DNA from: Tabrizicola sp.
Lineage (GTDB): Bacteria > Pseudomonadota > Alphaproteobacteria > Rhodobacterales > Rhodobacteraceae
Assembly (NCBI GenBank): GCA_016792685.1
Contig: JAEULQ010000134.1
Span: 11,240-75,239 of the forward strand
DNA: 64,000 bases
Direction: 5' to 3'
Shown piece after piece: positions 19,639 to 31,054 of the stretch (position 1 is its first letter; each line of letters opens with the position of its first letter). The translations under genes and the position numbers were made by a program. Below the pieces are notes generated by a model that did not search any database, was not told the origin of the DNA, and worked only from the letters and a program-made list of their open reading frames with translations.

Positions 19639-19762
19639 TCAACACCACAGGCTTTTTCACTTCCCCCTGTTCGGGGGTGAGATCGCCCAGATAGGCATAG
19701 CCCGTCAAGCCGACAAAGCCCAAAATCACCAGCAAAACCAACGTTTTGATGATCCGACCCAT
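19628..19762 (-). CDS. 44-aa single-TM small protein (absent from ORF track)
   Basis: Hand translation MGRIIKTLVLLVILGFVGLTGYAYLGDLTPEQGEVKKPVVLNAD*. GAGGAAGGG RBS upstream. 3' end overlaps the next gene's ATG. Confidence 0.75.
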   Translation of the reverse strand: MGRIIKTLVLLVILGFVGLTGYAYLGDLTPEQGEVKKPVVLNAD

Positions 19763-19960
19763 CGACGTGCCCTTCCTCGTATTGCGGCCTTGCGGGCTTT
19801 CGCCGTCCGGCTGTTCTTGCCGCCCCTTTCGGGCCCAGTCAGGCCGTCAGAGCGGGTTCGGTTGCGAATGTATATAGCATTCGGGAAAACTTCACGCCAT
19901 TGAGGGTGGAAGATTTCCCTTCGGCAAGTCCTTGCCTTCGGGATCAGGTGACGGGGCGCC

Positions 19961-20500
19961 ATGGCACGGCTGGCAAAGACAGTGGTTTTGGTGGGAATGA
20001 TGGGCGCGGGCAAGACGGCAGTCGGCACAGCGCTGGCTCGACAACTGGGTGTCGAGTTCCGGGATTCCGACGAAGAAATCGTTCGCGCGGCCAACCGCTC
20101 CATCGCTGAAATCTTCGAGCGCGATGGCGAACCCTTCTTCCGCGCCCGTGAGACCGAAGTGATCAGCCGCCTCTTGCGTGGCACGCCCTGCGTTCTGTCA
20201 ACCGGGGGCGGGGCCTTCCTGTCCGAGACGAATCGCCAGATGATCCATGACGTGGGCGTCTCGGTCTGGCTGCGGGCGGATCTCGACCTCCTTTGGCAGC
20301 GCGTCCGGCACAAGACCACACGCCCGCTGCTGCGCACCCCGAACCCCCGCGAGACCTTGCGGGAACTTTACGAGGCGCGGCAGCCGTTCTATTCCAAGGC
20401 CGATCTCGCAGTGGATAGCGCGGCCGAACGCTCGGTCGAAGACATGGCTGCGCGCGTGGTCGAAGCGCTGGCCGAACGGCCGGACGTGCTGGAGGGTTAA
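19961..20500 (+). CDS. aroK: Shikimate kinase
   Basis: GMMGAGKT, GEPFFRARE, STGGGA and RPLL. Confidence 0.95.
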   Translation: MARLAKTVVLVGMMGAGKTAVGTALARQLGVEFRDSDEEIVRAANRSIAEIFERDGEPFFRARETEVISRLLRGTPCVLSTGGGAFLSETNRQMIHDVGVSVWLRADLDLLWQRVRHKTTRPLLRTPNPRETLRELYEARQPFYSKADLAVDSAAERSVEDMAARVVEALAERPDVLEG

Positions 20501-20503
20501 GGC

Positions 20504-21619
20504 GTGAACAGGGTTGCGGTTGACTTGGGCGAACGCTCGTATGAGGTGCGCATCGCCCCCGGCCTGATGTCGCGCGCCGGGATCGAGATCGCTCCCCTTC
20601 TGCGCCGCAAGCGCGTGGCGATCGTGACGGATGCGACCGTCGCCATGGCCCATTTGCCCGGGTTGAAAGCCGCCCTTGAGGCCGAGGAGATCGCAGTCAG
20701 CACTCTGGCCCTTCCGCCCGGCGAGGCCACGAAGGGCTGGGAAAACCTCGCCCGCTGCACCGAATGGCTTCTTGAGCAGAAGGTCGAACGCAAGGACGTC
20801 GTCCTGGCCCTTGGCGGCGGGGTGATCGGTGATCTGGTCGGCTTTTCCGCCGCCATCCTGCGGCGTGGCGTGCGTTTCGTGCAACTGCCGACCACGCTTC
20901 TTGCCCAGGTTGACAGCTCGGTCGGTGGCAAGACCGGGATCAACACGACCCAGGGCAAGAACCTGGTTGGCGCGTTTCATCAGCCAAGCCTGGTCCTTGC
21001 CGACATCGACACGCTTGCGACCTTGCCGGACCGCGACCTGCTTTCGGGCTATGGTGAAGTGGTGAAATACGGCCTCCTGGGGGATGCCGACTTTTTCGAC
21101 TGGCTTGAACGCAACGGCCCGGCGCTTCGGTCCGGTGACCAGGCCGCGCGGCTTCATGCGGTGACACGATCGGTCGAGATGAAGGCCGGCATCGTCAGCC
21201 GCGACGAGACCGAAGAGGGCGAACGCGCGCTTCTCAACCTCGGTCACACCTTTTGCCATGCGCTGGAAAAGGCCACCGGTTATTCCGACCGCCTGCTGCA
21301 TGGCGAAGGGGTCGCCATCGGCTGCGCCCTGGCTTTCGAGCTTTCATCGCGACTTGGCCTTTGCAGCCAGGAAGAGCCGAGCCGCGTCCGCGCGCATCTG
21401 GCGGCGATGGGGATGAAGGTCGATCTTGCCGATATACCTGGCGACTTGCCCGACGAAGACGCGCTGATCGCCCTGATGGGCCAGGACAAGAAGGTGATCG
21501 ACGGTCGTCTTCGCTTTATCCTGGCGCGCGGGATCGGTCAGGCCTTCATCGCCGAGGATGTGCCGGGTGATATCGTCCGCAAGCTCTTGGTCGATGCGCT
21601 TGCCCGCAGGACGGCTTAA
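20504..21619 (+). CDS. aroB: 3-dehydroquinate synthase
   Basis: GGGVIGD, PTTLLAQVDSSVGGKTG, LNLGHTFCHALE and HGEGV. Confidence 0.96.
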   Translation: MNRVAVDLGERSYEVRIAPGLMSRAGIEIAPLLRRKRVAIVTDATVAMAHLPGLKAALEAEEIAVSTLALPPGEATKGWENLARCTEWLLEQKVERKDVVLALGGGVIGDLVGFSAAILRRGVRFVQLPTTLLAQVDSSVGGKTGINTTQGKNLVGAFHQPSLVLADIDTLATLPDRDLLSGYGEVVKYGLLGDADFFDWLERNGPALRSGDQAARLHAVTRSVEMKAGIVSRDETEEGERALLNLGHTFCHALEKATGYSDRLLHGEGVAIGCALAFELSSRLGLCSQEEPSRVRAHLAAMGMKVDLADIPGDLPDEDALIALMGQDKKVIDGRLRFILARGIGQAFIAEDVPGDIVRKLLVDALARRTA

Positions 21620-21622
21620 GCG

Positions 21623-22825
21623 TCACTCTGCCGCTGCAGGCAGGGCAGTGACCTTGACCCCTGGGGCAACCTGATCGCTTGGGTGCAGGATGACCCGGTC
21701 GCCAGCCACAAGCCCTTCCAGTACCTGAGCGTGGTCTTCGTTCCGTTCGCCCAGCTGGATGCGCTGAAGCACCGCACGATCATCGCGTATCACATAGGCC
21801 GCCCATTCCGTCCCGTCTCGGAACAGGGCGCCGACCGGGATCGTCAGCACATCTTCGCCGCGCCAAAGCGCAATCCGGGCAATGACCCGGAAGCCATGTC
21901 CCAGCGCGCGGCGTTCCTCTGCCGGACCTTCCAGCGCCAGGATCACCTTGACGCGCTGCTCGTCTATCCCAAGTGCCGAGACCTGGGTCACCGCCGAAGG
22001 CTCGACCCGCTCGACACGGGCCGCAATCGGTGCACCGCCCCAGCCGGTGACTACGGCCGCAGCGCCAGGCACGACCCGCACCGCGTCGCGGGACAGAAGG
22101 TCCACCCGGATCTCGATACCCTCAGGATCGCCAATCTCAAGGATCGGCGTTCCCGTCTGCACCACCTGTTCGCTTTCGGTCAGAACCCGAAGCACGCGGC
22201 CCGAAACGGGCGCCACGACGTCAACGCAGCAAAAGCTCTCGGGACCGTTCTGGTCTGACCGCAGGATCGCAAGCGCGCTTTCCAGTTCCTTCTCGCGCAC
22301 GGCCAGATTGGCGATCGCGCTGCTGACGGCGGCCTGCGCGGTCTTCTGTGCCAGGATTGCACTGTCATAGGCACGCTGCGATATTGCGCCCCGGGTTTGC
22401 AGTGCCGTGGCACGGTTCGCCTCGCCCGTCATGAACTCCAGCGTGGCCTCGGCCTGTATTACTTGCGCCCGCGCAAGTTCGGTTGCGGCCTGCGCTGCCG
22501 CCGCAGCCGCCTCTGCCACCGCGCGGGACCGGCTGTCCAACAACACAGGCGCTGCCGGGCCGATCGACGCAACGACCGTCTCGCCTTCAACCACCGTGTC
22601 CCCAGGGTGCAAGCTGACCCGCCGAAGCTTGCCTGCGATGCTTGCCGAGACGGTAAAAACTTCCCGGATGCTGGCTTCACCCTCTTCCTCGACCGCAACT
22701 TCCAGCGTCCTCGGGGCAACTTCGGCCAGTTCGACCTCGACCGGTCGGGGCAGGAAGGCCCAGACCAGGAAGCCGATCACGGCAGCAGCGATGGCAAGGG
22801 ATATCAGGCGGCGCATTTGGCTCAC
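21623..22825 (-). CDS. Efflux periplasmic adaptor (HlyD/MacA family)
   Basis: N-terminal TM, lipoyl-like halves (SASIAGKL, VAPVSGRV), alpha-hairpin, GLVAGDRVI. Confidence 0.88.
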   Translation of the reverse strand: MSQMRRLISLAIAAAVIGFLVWAFLPRPVEVELAEVAPRTLEVAVEEEGEASIREVFTVSASIAGKLRRVSLHPGDTVVEGETVVASIGPAAPVLLDSRSRAVAEAAAAAAQAATELARAQVIQAEATLEFMTGEANRATALQTRGAISQRAYDSAILAQKTAQAAVSSAIANLAVREKELESALAILRSDQNGPESFCCVDVVAPVSGRVLRVLTESEQVVQTGTPILEIGDPEGIEIRVDLLSRDAVRVVPGAAAVVTGWGGAPIAARVERVEPSAVTQVSALGIDEQRVKVILALEGPAEERRALGHGFRVIARIALWRGEDVLTIPVGALFRDGTEWAAYVIRDDRAVLQRIQLGERNEDHAQVLEGLVAGDRVILHPSDQVAPGVKVTALPAAAE

Positions 22826-25188
22826 TCCCGTGTCTTCAGGACTTCGATCATGTCGAGATTGTTGATCCGGCCGCGGATCGCATAGGCCGAAAGCAGCGCG
22901 GCGGCACAGACGACCAGGCTGGCGCTGGCAAAGACTTCGCGGCCTATGACAAAGGGCACGCGGTAAAGATCAGAAGAGAAGGCGGCGACCATGGCGGCGG
23001 CGATCCCGTAGCCGATCAGCCAGCCCAGCGGCTGTGCAAGCAGGACAACGACCCCGAGCTCGCCGAAAAGGACACCGGCGACCTCGCGGTTGGTGAAGCC
23101 CAGAACCCGAAGGCTGGCAAGTTCGCGCCCCTGCTCGGAGAGCGCGATGCGTGAAAAGTTGTAGACGACGCCAATCGCGATGATCCCGGCCAGCACGACA
23201 TAGACAGTGACCATAACGGTGATGTTCTCGGCCAGCGTCTCGCGGAACCGAGACAGCATCAGGCTTGTCACGCTGATCAGCTCGGTCTTCGGTGCGGCCT
23301 TGGCAGCGGCATAGAAGGCAGCCTCCCGGGCCTCGTCGATCTGCAGGCTTACGCCCGATACCATGGCGCCTTCGCCCATCAACCGGTTCAGGGCCCCGAT
23401 CTCCATGGCGGCACCAAGGCCGACATAACCAAGCGAGATGCCGCTGACCGGCAATGTCACGCTGGGACGCGCGCCCTCCAGCACGTCCACGGTAACAAGA
23501 TCGCCGGTCCTGACGTCCAGCGCCTCGGCCAGCGCTTCTGAAAGGATGACCCCCGCATCGGGCAGGCGCATCGGCCGCAGGTCCGGGTCCAGGACACGCG
23601 AAAGCTGCGGTTCTTCCGGCCGGCCCACGATTCCCAGCTTCTTCGACAGGTTCCGGTGGCTGATCCTGGCCGAAACTGACCGGAATGGCTCTGCAACCAG
23701 CACGCCCGGCAGATCGCGCGCCGCAAAGACTGCGGGCAGGGGTTCGGGCGTTCCAAAGACGATCTGGGCGTCATGGCGCTCCGAGCGGAAGAAGGTGACG
23801 TCGATCATCCGGTCGATGGATCCGAAAGACCAAAGCGAGGCGACCAGGATTGCCACCGCCATCGCTATGCCCAGCGTCGAAGAAAACGTGCGGAACGGCC
23901 AGCGAGACAGGTGCCGCACCACCATGACCCCGGACTGGCGCAGTCTGAGCAGGCTTTGGGCCCATCCCATTTGTTGCCGGTAGGCCGCCGGCGAAGGGGG
24001 GGCCATGGCAACTGCTGGCGGTAGCCGGACGACCGAGCGCACGGCATAAAGCGCGCCGCCGGATGCTGCTGCCAAGGTGACAAGAGCCGCCAGTCCGTAA
24101 AGCTGCGGGTCGCGGGTGAAAACAAGGTAGGGGAAGGAAAAGAACCGGGCATACATCTGGGCCAGCCCGACCCCAAGCCAGGCTCCCGCAACGAACCCGA
24201 TCCCGATTCCAACGACCGCAATCAAGAGAACGAATTCGATGTAATGTTGCGCGACCGCGCGTGAGGTATAGCCGATCGCCTTCAGAAGCCCGATCTGTTC
24301 GCGTTCCAGCGTGATCAGGCGCGACAGCGTCATGTTGACCAGCATCGCCGCGACCAGCAGGAAGATCGGCGGCAGGACCTTGACCATGGCCGAAAGCTGC
24401 TTGAGTTCGGCATCGAGGAATGCATGCGACAGCTGGTCCTTTCTGGCTGAGGCCCCGACGCCACCATAGCGCGCGGTCAGACGGTCCAGGGTCTCGATCA
24501 CCCGGTCGGTGCTGGCACCGGGGGCAAGCTTCAGGACAATGTTGGAGAATGCGCCCTCCAGGTCATAGGCCGCCTCAAGCCCACCTCGCGGGGCCCAGAC
24601 CACGCCGAAACGGCGCGGATCTGGCATCATCTGGCCCGGGCCAAGCGCATAGATGAACTCGGGCGAGAGGGCGACGCCCGTGATCAGAAGCTCACGCCGC
24701 TGACCGTTCATCAGCACCGGCAGCCGATCGCCCGGCCCCAGACGATGCGCCTTGGCGAAACCGTCCGAAACCACGACCTCGCGCGCCGACTGCGGGTCGG
24801 GCAATCGGCCAAGCCGGAGGTAAAGCCGGTTCAGCCCCGCCCCGTTGCCCCCCGGAAGCGAGACGAACAGAACTGACCCCGGCTCGGCCATCCAGGGCAG
24901 ATCCAGAAGCCCGAGCTTCACGATCCGCGCCTCGGCATCAAGCACACCCTCGATTTCCTCGATCTCGGCTAGAAGCGCCCGGGGCGCGCGCGTGACATCG
25001 GCGAAGATGTCCGCGAAACGGTTCTCCTCATAATACCGGGCCCGCGTCTCGTAGAGCGATGAATAGGCACCGTTCCCGAGGATCAGCGTCGCCACGCCCG
25101 CCGCCAGGACCAGCGCAATGGCCAGCACCTGCGCCCAAAGCCGCCGCAGGTCGCGCAGCACCTTTCGACGCAGGGGCGAGATCACCAT
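22822..25188 (-). CDS. ABC exporter permease (double MacB/FtsX domain)
   Basis: Two FtsX-like repeats ([14 protein letters not shown] and [15 protein letters not shown]). Overlaps both neighbours. Confidence 0.88.
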   Translation of the reverse strand: MVISPLRRKVLRDLRRLWAQVLAIALVLAAGVATLILGNGAYSSLYETRARYYEENRFADIFADVTRAPRALLAEIEEIEGVLDAEARIVKLGLLDLPWMAEPGSVLFVSLPGGNGAGLNRLYLRLGRLPDPQSAREVVVSDGFAKAHRLGPGDRLPVLMNGQRRELLITGVALSPEFIYALGPGQMMPDPRRFGVVWAPRGGLEAAYDLEGAFSNIVLKLAPGASTDRVIETLDRLTARYGGVGASARKDQLSHAFLDAELKQLSAMVKVLPPIFLLVAAMLVNMTLSRLITLEREQIGLLKAIGYTSRAVAQHYIEFVLLIAVVGIGIGFVAGAWLGVGLAQMYARFFSFPYLVFTRDPQLYGLAALVTLAAASGGALYAVRSVVRLPPAVAMAPPSPAAYRQQMGWAQSLLRLRQSGVMVVRHLSRWPFRTFSSTLGIAMAVAILVASLWSFGSIDRMIDVTFFRSERHDAQIVFGTPEPLPAVFAARDLPGVLVAEPFRSVSARISHRNLSKKLGIVGRPEEPQLSRVLDPDLRPMRLPDAGVILSEALAEALDVRTGDLVTVDVLEGARPSVTLPVSGISLGYVGLGAAMEIGALNRLMGEGAMVSGVSLQIDEAREAAFYAAAKAAPKTELISVTSLMLSRFRETLAENITVMVTVYVVLAGIIAIGVVYNFSRIALSEQGRELASLRVLGFTNREVAGVLFGELGVVVLLAQPLGWLIGYGIAAAMVAAFSSDLYRVPFVIGREVFASASLVVCAAALLSAYAIRGRINNLDMIEVLKTRE

Positions 25189-25898
25189 GCGACCTCCGAA
25201 GGTTGCTTCTTCACTGCGTTGACGGTCTCTTCCACGATGCGGCCATCGGCGAAGCGGATCACCCGGTCGGCAATGTCGCGGATCGCGGCGTTGTGGGTGA
25301 TCACCAGAGTCGTGGCCCCGACTGCCCGGTTCACCTGGGTCAGGGCCTCCAGCACCTTGATGCCCGTCATGCTGTCCAGCGCGCCCGTCGGTTCGTCGCA
25401 GAGCAGGACCTCGGGGTTCTTGGCGATGGCGCGTGCGATCGCCACCCGCTGCTGCTCGCCCCCGGAAAGTTGGGCCGGGAAATGATGCGCACGGTCGGCC
25501 AGACCGACCAATGCCAGGGCATCGGCGGCTTGCATCGGGCGCCGGGCGATCTCGGTGACCAGCTGGACATTCTCTTGCGCGGTCAGGCTTGGAACCAGAT
25601 TGTAGAACTGGAAGACAAAGCCCACATGGTCGCGCCGGTACTGGGTCAACGCGGCTTCGCCCAGGCTTGTCAGTTGGTGCTCCTCGAACCAGACCTCGCC
25701 GCCCGAGGCCTGATCCAGCCCGCCCACGATGTTCAGGAATGTCGACTTGCCTGACCCCGAAGGGCCAAGGATCACGATGAATTCGCCCCTTCGTGCCTCG
25801 AAATCAATGCCGCGAAGGGCGTGAACCTCAAGCGCACCATTGCGGTAGACCTTGGTTAGGCCCGTCGCTCGGAACACGATTTCGCTTTGCTCGGCCAT
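25182..25898 (-). CDS. ABC transporter ATP-binding protein (LolD/MacB type)
   Basis: [32 protein letters not shown] and DEPTGALD. Confidence 0.92.
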   Translation of the reverse strand: MAEQSEIVFRATGLTKVYRNGALEVHALRGIDFEARRGEFIVILGPSGSGKSTFLNIVGGLDQASGGEVWFEEHQLTSLGEAALTQYRRDHVGFVFQFYNLVPSLTAQENVQLVTEIARRPMQAADALALVGLADRAHHFPAQLSGGEQQRVAIARAIAKNPEVLLCDEPTGALDSMTGIKVLEALTQVNRAVGATTLVITHNAAIRDIADRVIRFADGRIVEETVNAVKKQPSEVAW

Positions 25899-25967
25899 AT
25901 CCGGGTCCTTTCCCGGTCTACCTAGACTGGCATGTTGCTCCCCGCCTTGATGCGTATCAAGGCCCGG

Positions 25968-27230
25968 TCAGACATCCAGAAGCCGCAACAGCCGGTCGCG
26001 CTCGCCCCGGTCGTCAGGCTGTGACAGCGCATCGGCCAGCCCTTGCAGCGAGCCAATGGAATGTCCCGCACGGAAGCAGTCGACGTGCGGCAGGAGCGCC
26101 CGGATGCCGCCCGCCTTTGGCGCAAAGCCCTCCCAGCGCAGAAGCGGGTTCACCCAGATCAGGCGGCGGCAGGAAAGGTGCAGCCGCTGGGCTTCGCGGG
26201 CAAGATCGGCGGCATCGTCGCGATCAAGGCCATCGGTGATCAGCAGCACCACGGCCCCGGAACCCAGTACCCGGCGCGACCAGTCGCGGTTGAAGGCATG
26301 CAGGCAGGACCCGATCCGCGTACCGCCCGACCAGTCCTGTGCCTGACGCCCCGCCGCAGCCAGCGCGGCATCCACATCCCGTTCGTGCATGTGGCGGGTG
26401 ATGTTGGTCAGCCTCGTGCCAAAGGTGAAGGCATGGACCCTGGCCCAGCCCTGGCCCCGGCGGTTCGCAACCGCATGAACAAAGTGCAAGACCATCCGCG
26501 AATAGGTGTTCATCGACCCCGAAATATCGCAAAGCACCACCAGGTTGGGCCAGCGAAGTCGCGGGGATTGCCAGATCGGGGCCGCAATCTCGCCCCCTCG
26601 CCGTGCGGCGGCCCGCAATGTCGCCCCCGCGTCGATCCGCGCGCCCAAGGCATCCTGCCGCATCCGCTGCGTGGGGATTGGCCGTACCGGAAGTGACAGC
26701 CGCGCCAGCATGCGCCGGGCCATGGCCATCTCGTCAGTACTCATCAGTTCGAAATCAAGCGTCTTCAGCCGCTCCTCGCCGCTGATCGTGGCTGACGCGT
26801 CGATCTCGATCTCGGCATCGTCTTCCGCATCACCTTTGTCCGCAAGGGCAGGGGGCCGTTCGGCCCCATCCAGAAGGGCCTCGGCCGCGCGCTTCTCGGC
26901 GGCTTCGGCAAGGCGCTCTTCCTGCGCGCCGTGCACTGCAGGCAGCATGAAGGACATCATGTGTTCTAGGTAACGCGGGTCGCGCCAGAAAAGGCGAAAG
27001 ACCTGGGCAAAGACGGTCCGCTCTTCCGGCCGCGCGACAAAACAGGCGTGCAGCGTCCAGTAGAAATCCCGCCGCTCGGTGAACCCTGCCGCTGCCACCG
27101 CCCGGATCGCATCGGCCACCCGACCGGGACCGACCGGAAGGCCCGCCTTGCGCAGCGCACGGGCAAAATGCAAGAGGTTCGACACCAGCTTCGGGTTGTC
27201 CGGCAGGGTCAGCTCGGCATAGACCGCCAT
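25968..27230 (-). CDS. CoxE-like VWA domain protein
   Basis: FARALR..GL, MIDAS DISGSM, WSGGTRIG, TDGLDR and WVNPLL. Confidence 0.88.
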   Translation of the reverse strand: MAVYAELTLPDNPKLVSNLLHFARALRKAGLPVGPGRVADAIRAVAAAGFTERRDFYWTLHACFVARPEERTVFAQVFRLFWRDPRYLEHMMSFMLPAVHGAQEERLAEAAEKRAAEALLDGAERPPALADKGDAEDDAEIEIDASATISGEERLKTLDFELMSTDEMAMARRMLARLSLPVRPIPTQRMRQDALGARIDAGATLRAAARRGGEIAAPIWQSPRLRWPNLVVLCDISGSMNTYSRMVLHFVHAVANRRGQGWARVHAFTFGTRLTNITRHMHERDVDAALAAAGRQAQDWSGGTRIGSCLHAFNRDWSRRVLGSGAVVLLITDGLDRDDAADLAREAQRLHLSCRRLIWVNPLLRWEGFAPKAGGIRALLPHVDCFRAGHSIGSLQGLADALSQPDDRGERDRLLRLLDV

Positions 27231-27246
27231 CAGCCCCGCACCCCCG

Positions 27247-28158
27247 TCACGCGCCGACCAAAGCGGCCCGCGCCTCGTCCAGAAGCTTCTTGGCCTCCGA
27301 GCCCTGCAGTTTCTGGATATCGTCCTGATACTTCAGGACTGCGCCCAAGGTATCCGCGATCACTTCGGGTGACAGGGCCACGATATCCAGCGCCAGCAGG
27401 CACTTTGCCCAATCGATCGTCTCGGCCACACCCGGCTTCTTGAACAGATCCTCGTCGCGCAGGCGCTGGACGAAGGCCACGACCTCTCGGCTCAGACTGT
27501 CGTCTGCTTCGGGGGCGCGGGCCTTCAGGATCGCCAGTTCCCGGGCGAAATCCGGGAAATCGACCCAGTGATAAAGGCATCGCCGCTTCAACGCGTCATG
27601 CACTTCCCGGGTGCGGTTCGAGGTCAGGATGACGATCGGCGGTTCGGGCGCCGTGATCGTGCCAAGTTCGGGGATCGTCACCTGAAAATCGCTGAGAGCT
27701 TCCAGCAGGAAGGCCTCGAAAGGCTCGTCCGTGCGGTCCAACTCGTCAATCAGCAGAACCGGCGCACCGCCCGGCTGCGGCTGCATCGCCTGCAAGAGGG
27801 GGCGGGCGATGAGGTATTCCTCGGTGAAAAGCTCTGCCTTCAGTGCATCGCGGTCAGCGCCGCCGCCGGCCTCTGCCGTTCGGATCGCAATCATCTGCGC
27901 TGCAAAGTTCCATTCGGCCACCGCCGAGGCCGCGCTTAGCCCTTCGTAGCATTGCAGGCGGATCAGCCGGCGGCCAAGGCCGGTCGCGATGGCCTTGGCG
28001 ATCTCGGTCTTGCCGACCCCCGCCTCGCCCTCCAGAAACAGCGGGCGCCCCAGCCGCAAGGCCAGGAAGACCACCGTCGCAAGCGCGCGCGAGGCGATGT
28101 AGCCCTGCGATGCAAGAAAGGTCTCGGTTGCGTCGATACTGTCTGGCGCTGCGGTCAC
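27247..28158 (-). CDS. MoxR-family AAA+ ATPase (CoxD-like)
   Basis: LEGEAGVGKTE, RLQCYEG, LLIDELDR and TSNRTREVHDALKRRC. Confidence 0.9.
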   Translation of the reverse strand: MTAAPDSIDATETFLASQGYIASRALATVVFLALRLGRPLFLEGEAGVGKTEIAKAIATGLGRRLIRLQCYEGLSAASAVAEWNFAAQMIAIRTAEAGGGADRDALKAELFTEEYLIARPLLQAMQPQPGGAPVLLIDELDRTDEPFEAFLLEALSDFQVTIPELGTITAPEPPIVILTSNRTREVHDALKRRCLYHWVDFPDFARELAILKARAPEADDSLSREVVAFVQRLRDEDLFKKPGVAETIDWAKCLLALDIVALSPEVIADTLGAVLKYQDDIQKLQGSEAKKLLDEARAALVGA

Positions 28159-28365
28159 GGGGGCAGGCTTTCTCTTGGGTCTTTGCCACCGTGGCGAGCC
28201 GCTCTGACGGCGTCAAGCTGGCAGAAAGTCCCAGTCCCTCCATCGGGGCGCCCTACTGTCGTGAAGCTGGGCCGTGTTCCATCCGGACAAACCTTGCCAG
28301 ATCATTAATCCGGCAAGGCAAGCCATTGAAATCATTTGGGTCGCGCGCCTGTCCAGCGTGGACAG

Positions 28366-30510
28366 TCACCCCGCCTTGACCCGCAACCGCCAGGCATGGA
28401 GCAGGGGCTCGGTATAGCCCGAAGGCTGCTCCCGTCCCTTGAAGACCAGCTCCACCGCCGCCTGGAACGCCGCACCCTGAAAGTTCGGAGCCATCGGCTT
28501 GTATAGCGGATCGCCCGCATTCTGCCGGTCAACCACGGCGGCCATCTTCTTCATCGCCTCGGTCACTTCCTCGGCCGTGACCACCCCATGATGCAGCCAG
28601 TTCGCGATGTGCTGGGCCGAAATCCGGCAGGTCGCGCGGTCTTCCATCAGCCCGACATCGTTCACGTCCGGCACCTTCGAGCAGCCCACCCCCTGGTCGA
28701 TCCAGCGGACGACATAACCAAGGATGCCCTGGGCGTTGTTCTCCACCTCGCGCATCACCTGGGCGCGGTTCCAGGACTGGAAGCTCGCCAGCGGAATGTC
28801 GAGGATGCCGTCGACATGTGCGCGCCGGCCGCCCTTGGCCAGCTTCGCCTGCACCGCGAAGACATCGACCTTGTGGTAGTGAAGGGCATGCAGGGTGGCC
28901 GCAGTGGGCGAGGGCACCCAGGCTGTGTTCGCCCCGGCGCGGGGATGGGCGATCTTTTCGTCCAGCATCGCCGCCATCAGGTCGGGCATCGCCCACATCC
29001 CCTTGCCGATCTGCGCCCGGCCCGACAACCCGCATTCGAGGCCGATGTCGACGTTCAGGTTCTCGTAGGCGGTGATCCAGCTTTTTCGTTTGATGAAGTC
29101 CTTCCGGCTGAACGGCCCGGCCTCCATGCTCGTATGAATCTCGTCCCCGGTCCGGTCCAGGAAACCGGTGTTGATGAACGCGACCCGGGTCTTCGCCGCC
29201 CGGATGCATTCCTTCAGGTTGACCGAGGTCCGCCGCTCTTCGTCCATGATCCCGAGCTTGACGGTGGCCGGGGCCAGACCCAGCACCTCTTCGACCCGTG
29301 CCATGACCGCGTCGGCGAAGGCCACTTCCTCGGGCCCGTGCATCTTGGGCTTGACGACATAGACCGAACCCAGGGTCGAATTCCGCAGGCCTTCCGTCTT
29401 CTTCAAATCATGCAGCGCTATGGTGACCGTCACCATCGCGTCCATCAGCCCTTCTGGCACCTCCGACCCATCTGGCAGAAGGATTGCCGGGTTGGTCATC
29501 AGATGGCCCACGTTCCGCACCCACATCAACGCGCGGCCCTTCAGCGTGAAAGGGCTGCCGTTCGGGTCCAGATACTCCCGGTCCGCCGCCAGCCGCCGTT
29601 CGACCTTACGGCCGCCCTTCTCGAAGACCTCGGAGAGTGTGCCCTTCATCAGCCCGAGCCAGTTACGGTAGGCGCCGACCTTGTCCTCGGCATCGACGCA
29701 GGCGACGGAATCCTCGCAGTCCATGATCGCAGTCAGCGCGCTTTCAAGCTGCACATCGGCAAGAAGCGCCTGGTCGCGCGAACCGATGAAATGCGCCCGG
29801 TCGAAGACCAGTTCGACATGCAGGCCGTTGTTGCGGAGGAGCACAGAGTCGGGGGCCTTGGGGTTGCCCCGGTAGCCCGCGAATTTCTCCGGCTGGACCA
29901 GCGGCAGGTCGTCGACCAGAAGCTGTCCGTCCTTCACTGCATAGCGCCGCACATCAGCGTGACTGGCCCCGGCGATCGGGAAAGCCTCGTCCAGGAAGAC
30001 CCGCGCCCGGGCCACGACCCGCGCGCCGCGGCCGCGTTCGTAGCCGCCGGGGGGAGGGGCCGAGCCCATCGCATCGGTGCCATAGAGGCAGTCGTACAGG
30101 CTTCCCCAGCGCGCATTCGCGGCGTTCAGGGCGTAACGGGCATTCGTGACCGGAACCACAAGTTGCGGGCCGGGAATGCGGGCGACCTCGGGGTCGACGT
30201 TGGTGGTCTCGATGGTAAAGGCCGGGCCTTCGGGCAGCAGATAGCCGATTTCGGCCAGGAAGGCTTTGTAGGCGGCATGGTCGTGCGCCTTGCCCTTTCG
30301 GGCCACATGCCATGCGTCGATCCTGGCCTGCAGGTCATCGCGACGGGCCAGTAGCGCACGGTTGCGGGGTGCAAAGTCACGCAAAAGACCGGCAAAGCCT
30401 GCCCAGAATGCATCGGCCGACAGGCCCGATCCAGGCAGTGCTTCGGTCTCGAGAAAGCTGGCCAATTCACTGGCGACCTGCAGTCCTGCCCGTTCGGTTC
30501 TCTGGGTCAT
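28366..30510 (-). CDS. glcB: Malate synthase G
   Basis: [43 protein letters not shown] and GCSKVPD..LMEDRAT. ATG with GGAGG RBS. Confidence 0.96.
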   Translation of the reverse strand: MTQRTERAGLQVASELASFLETEALPGSGLSADAFWAGFAGLLRDFAPRNRALLARRDDLQARIDAWHVARKGKAHDHAAYKAFLAEIGYLLPEGPAFTIETTNVDPEVARIPGPQLVVPVTNARYALNAANARWGSLYDCLYGTDAMGSAPPPGGYERGRGARVVARARVFLDEAFPIAGASHADVRRYAVKDGQLLVDDLPLVQPEKFAGYRGNPKAPDSVLLRNNGLHVELVFDRAHFIGSRDQALLADVQLESALTAIMDCEDSVACVDAEDKVGAYRNWLGLMKGTLSEVFEKGGRKVERRLAADREYLDPNGSPFTLKGRALMWVRNVGHLMTNPAILLPDGSEVPEGLMDAMVTVTIALHDLKKTEGLRNSTLGSVYVVKPKMHGPEEVAFADAVMARVEEVLGLAPATVKLGIMDEERRTSVNLKECIRAAKTRVAFINTGFLDRTGDEIHTSMEAGPFSRKDFIKRKSWITAYENLNVDIGLECGLSGRAQIGKGMWAMPDLMAAMLDEKIAHPRAGANTAWVPSPTAATLHALHYHKVDVFAVQAKLAKGGRRAHVDGILDIPLASFQSWNRAQVMREVENNAQGILGYVVRWIDQGVGCSKVPDVNDVGLMEDRATCRISAQHIANWLHHGVVTAEEVTEAMKKMAAVVDRQNAGDPLYKPMAPNFQGAAFQAAVELVFKGREQPSGYTEPLLHAWRLRVKAG

Positions 30511-30650
30511 CAACGTCCTCCGCAAGCTTTCGGGCAAGATTGTATGCTTTCGCACACAATAGGCGAGGCCGCCTTGGAACGGCAAGACAACTGCGCGTCC
30601 GATTTCCGGATTGCGACGAATTCACCTGTCGGAATTCCATGAAAGCGAAA

Positions 30651-30723
30651 TAGTTCGCAACTTGGCTAAGTTTTTCGTTGCGACTCGGCTCCGGACCATA
30701 TTAGTTAGTGATATGGCTAAGTA
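30651..30723 (+). promoter_or_regulatory. Two putative ArsR operator boxes
   Basis: TAGTTCGCAACTTGGCTAAGTT (30651-30672) and TAGTTAGTGATATGGCTAAGTA (30702-30723) share TAGTT...TGGCTAAGT. The second covers the ArsR start codon. Confidence 0.6.
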
Positions 30724-31054
30724 TGATCCCCAACTCGACCACCTTTTTCATGCGCTGTCCGACCCGACGCGGCGGATGATGCTGAACCGGCTGGCGCGCG
30801 GTCCCGCTCCGGTCAGTGAACTTGCCGGACCGACCGGTCTGAAACTGCCGACAATCCTGCGGCACCTTTCGGTGCTGGAGGAGGCGGGGTTGGTCGCGAC
30901 CCAGAAGGACGGGCGGGTCAGATCCTGCGCCTTCCAGCCGCAAGCGCTGAATCCGATGCGCGATTGGCTTGAGGAACAACGAAAGGTCTGGGAGGCGCGA
31001 CTGGACCGGTTGGACGATTATGTAATGAAGCTGATGAAGGAACGTCAGAAATGA
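30713..31054 (+). CDS. ArsR/SmtB family transcriptional regulator
   Basis: LFHALSDPTRR, HLSVLEEAGLV..KDGRVR and WEARLDRLDDY. Confidence 0.9.
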   Translation: MAKYDPQLDHLFHALSDPTRRMMLNRLARGPAPVSELAGPTGLKLPTILRHLSVLEEAGLVATQKDGRVRSCAFQPQALNPMRDWLEEQRKVWEARLDRLDDYVMKLMKERQK

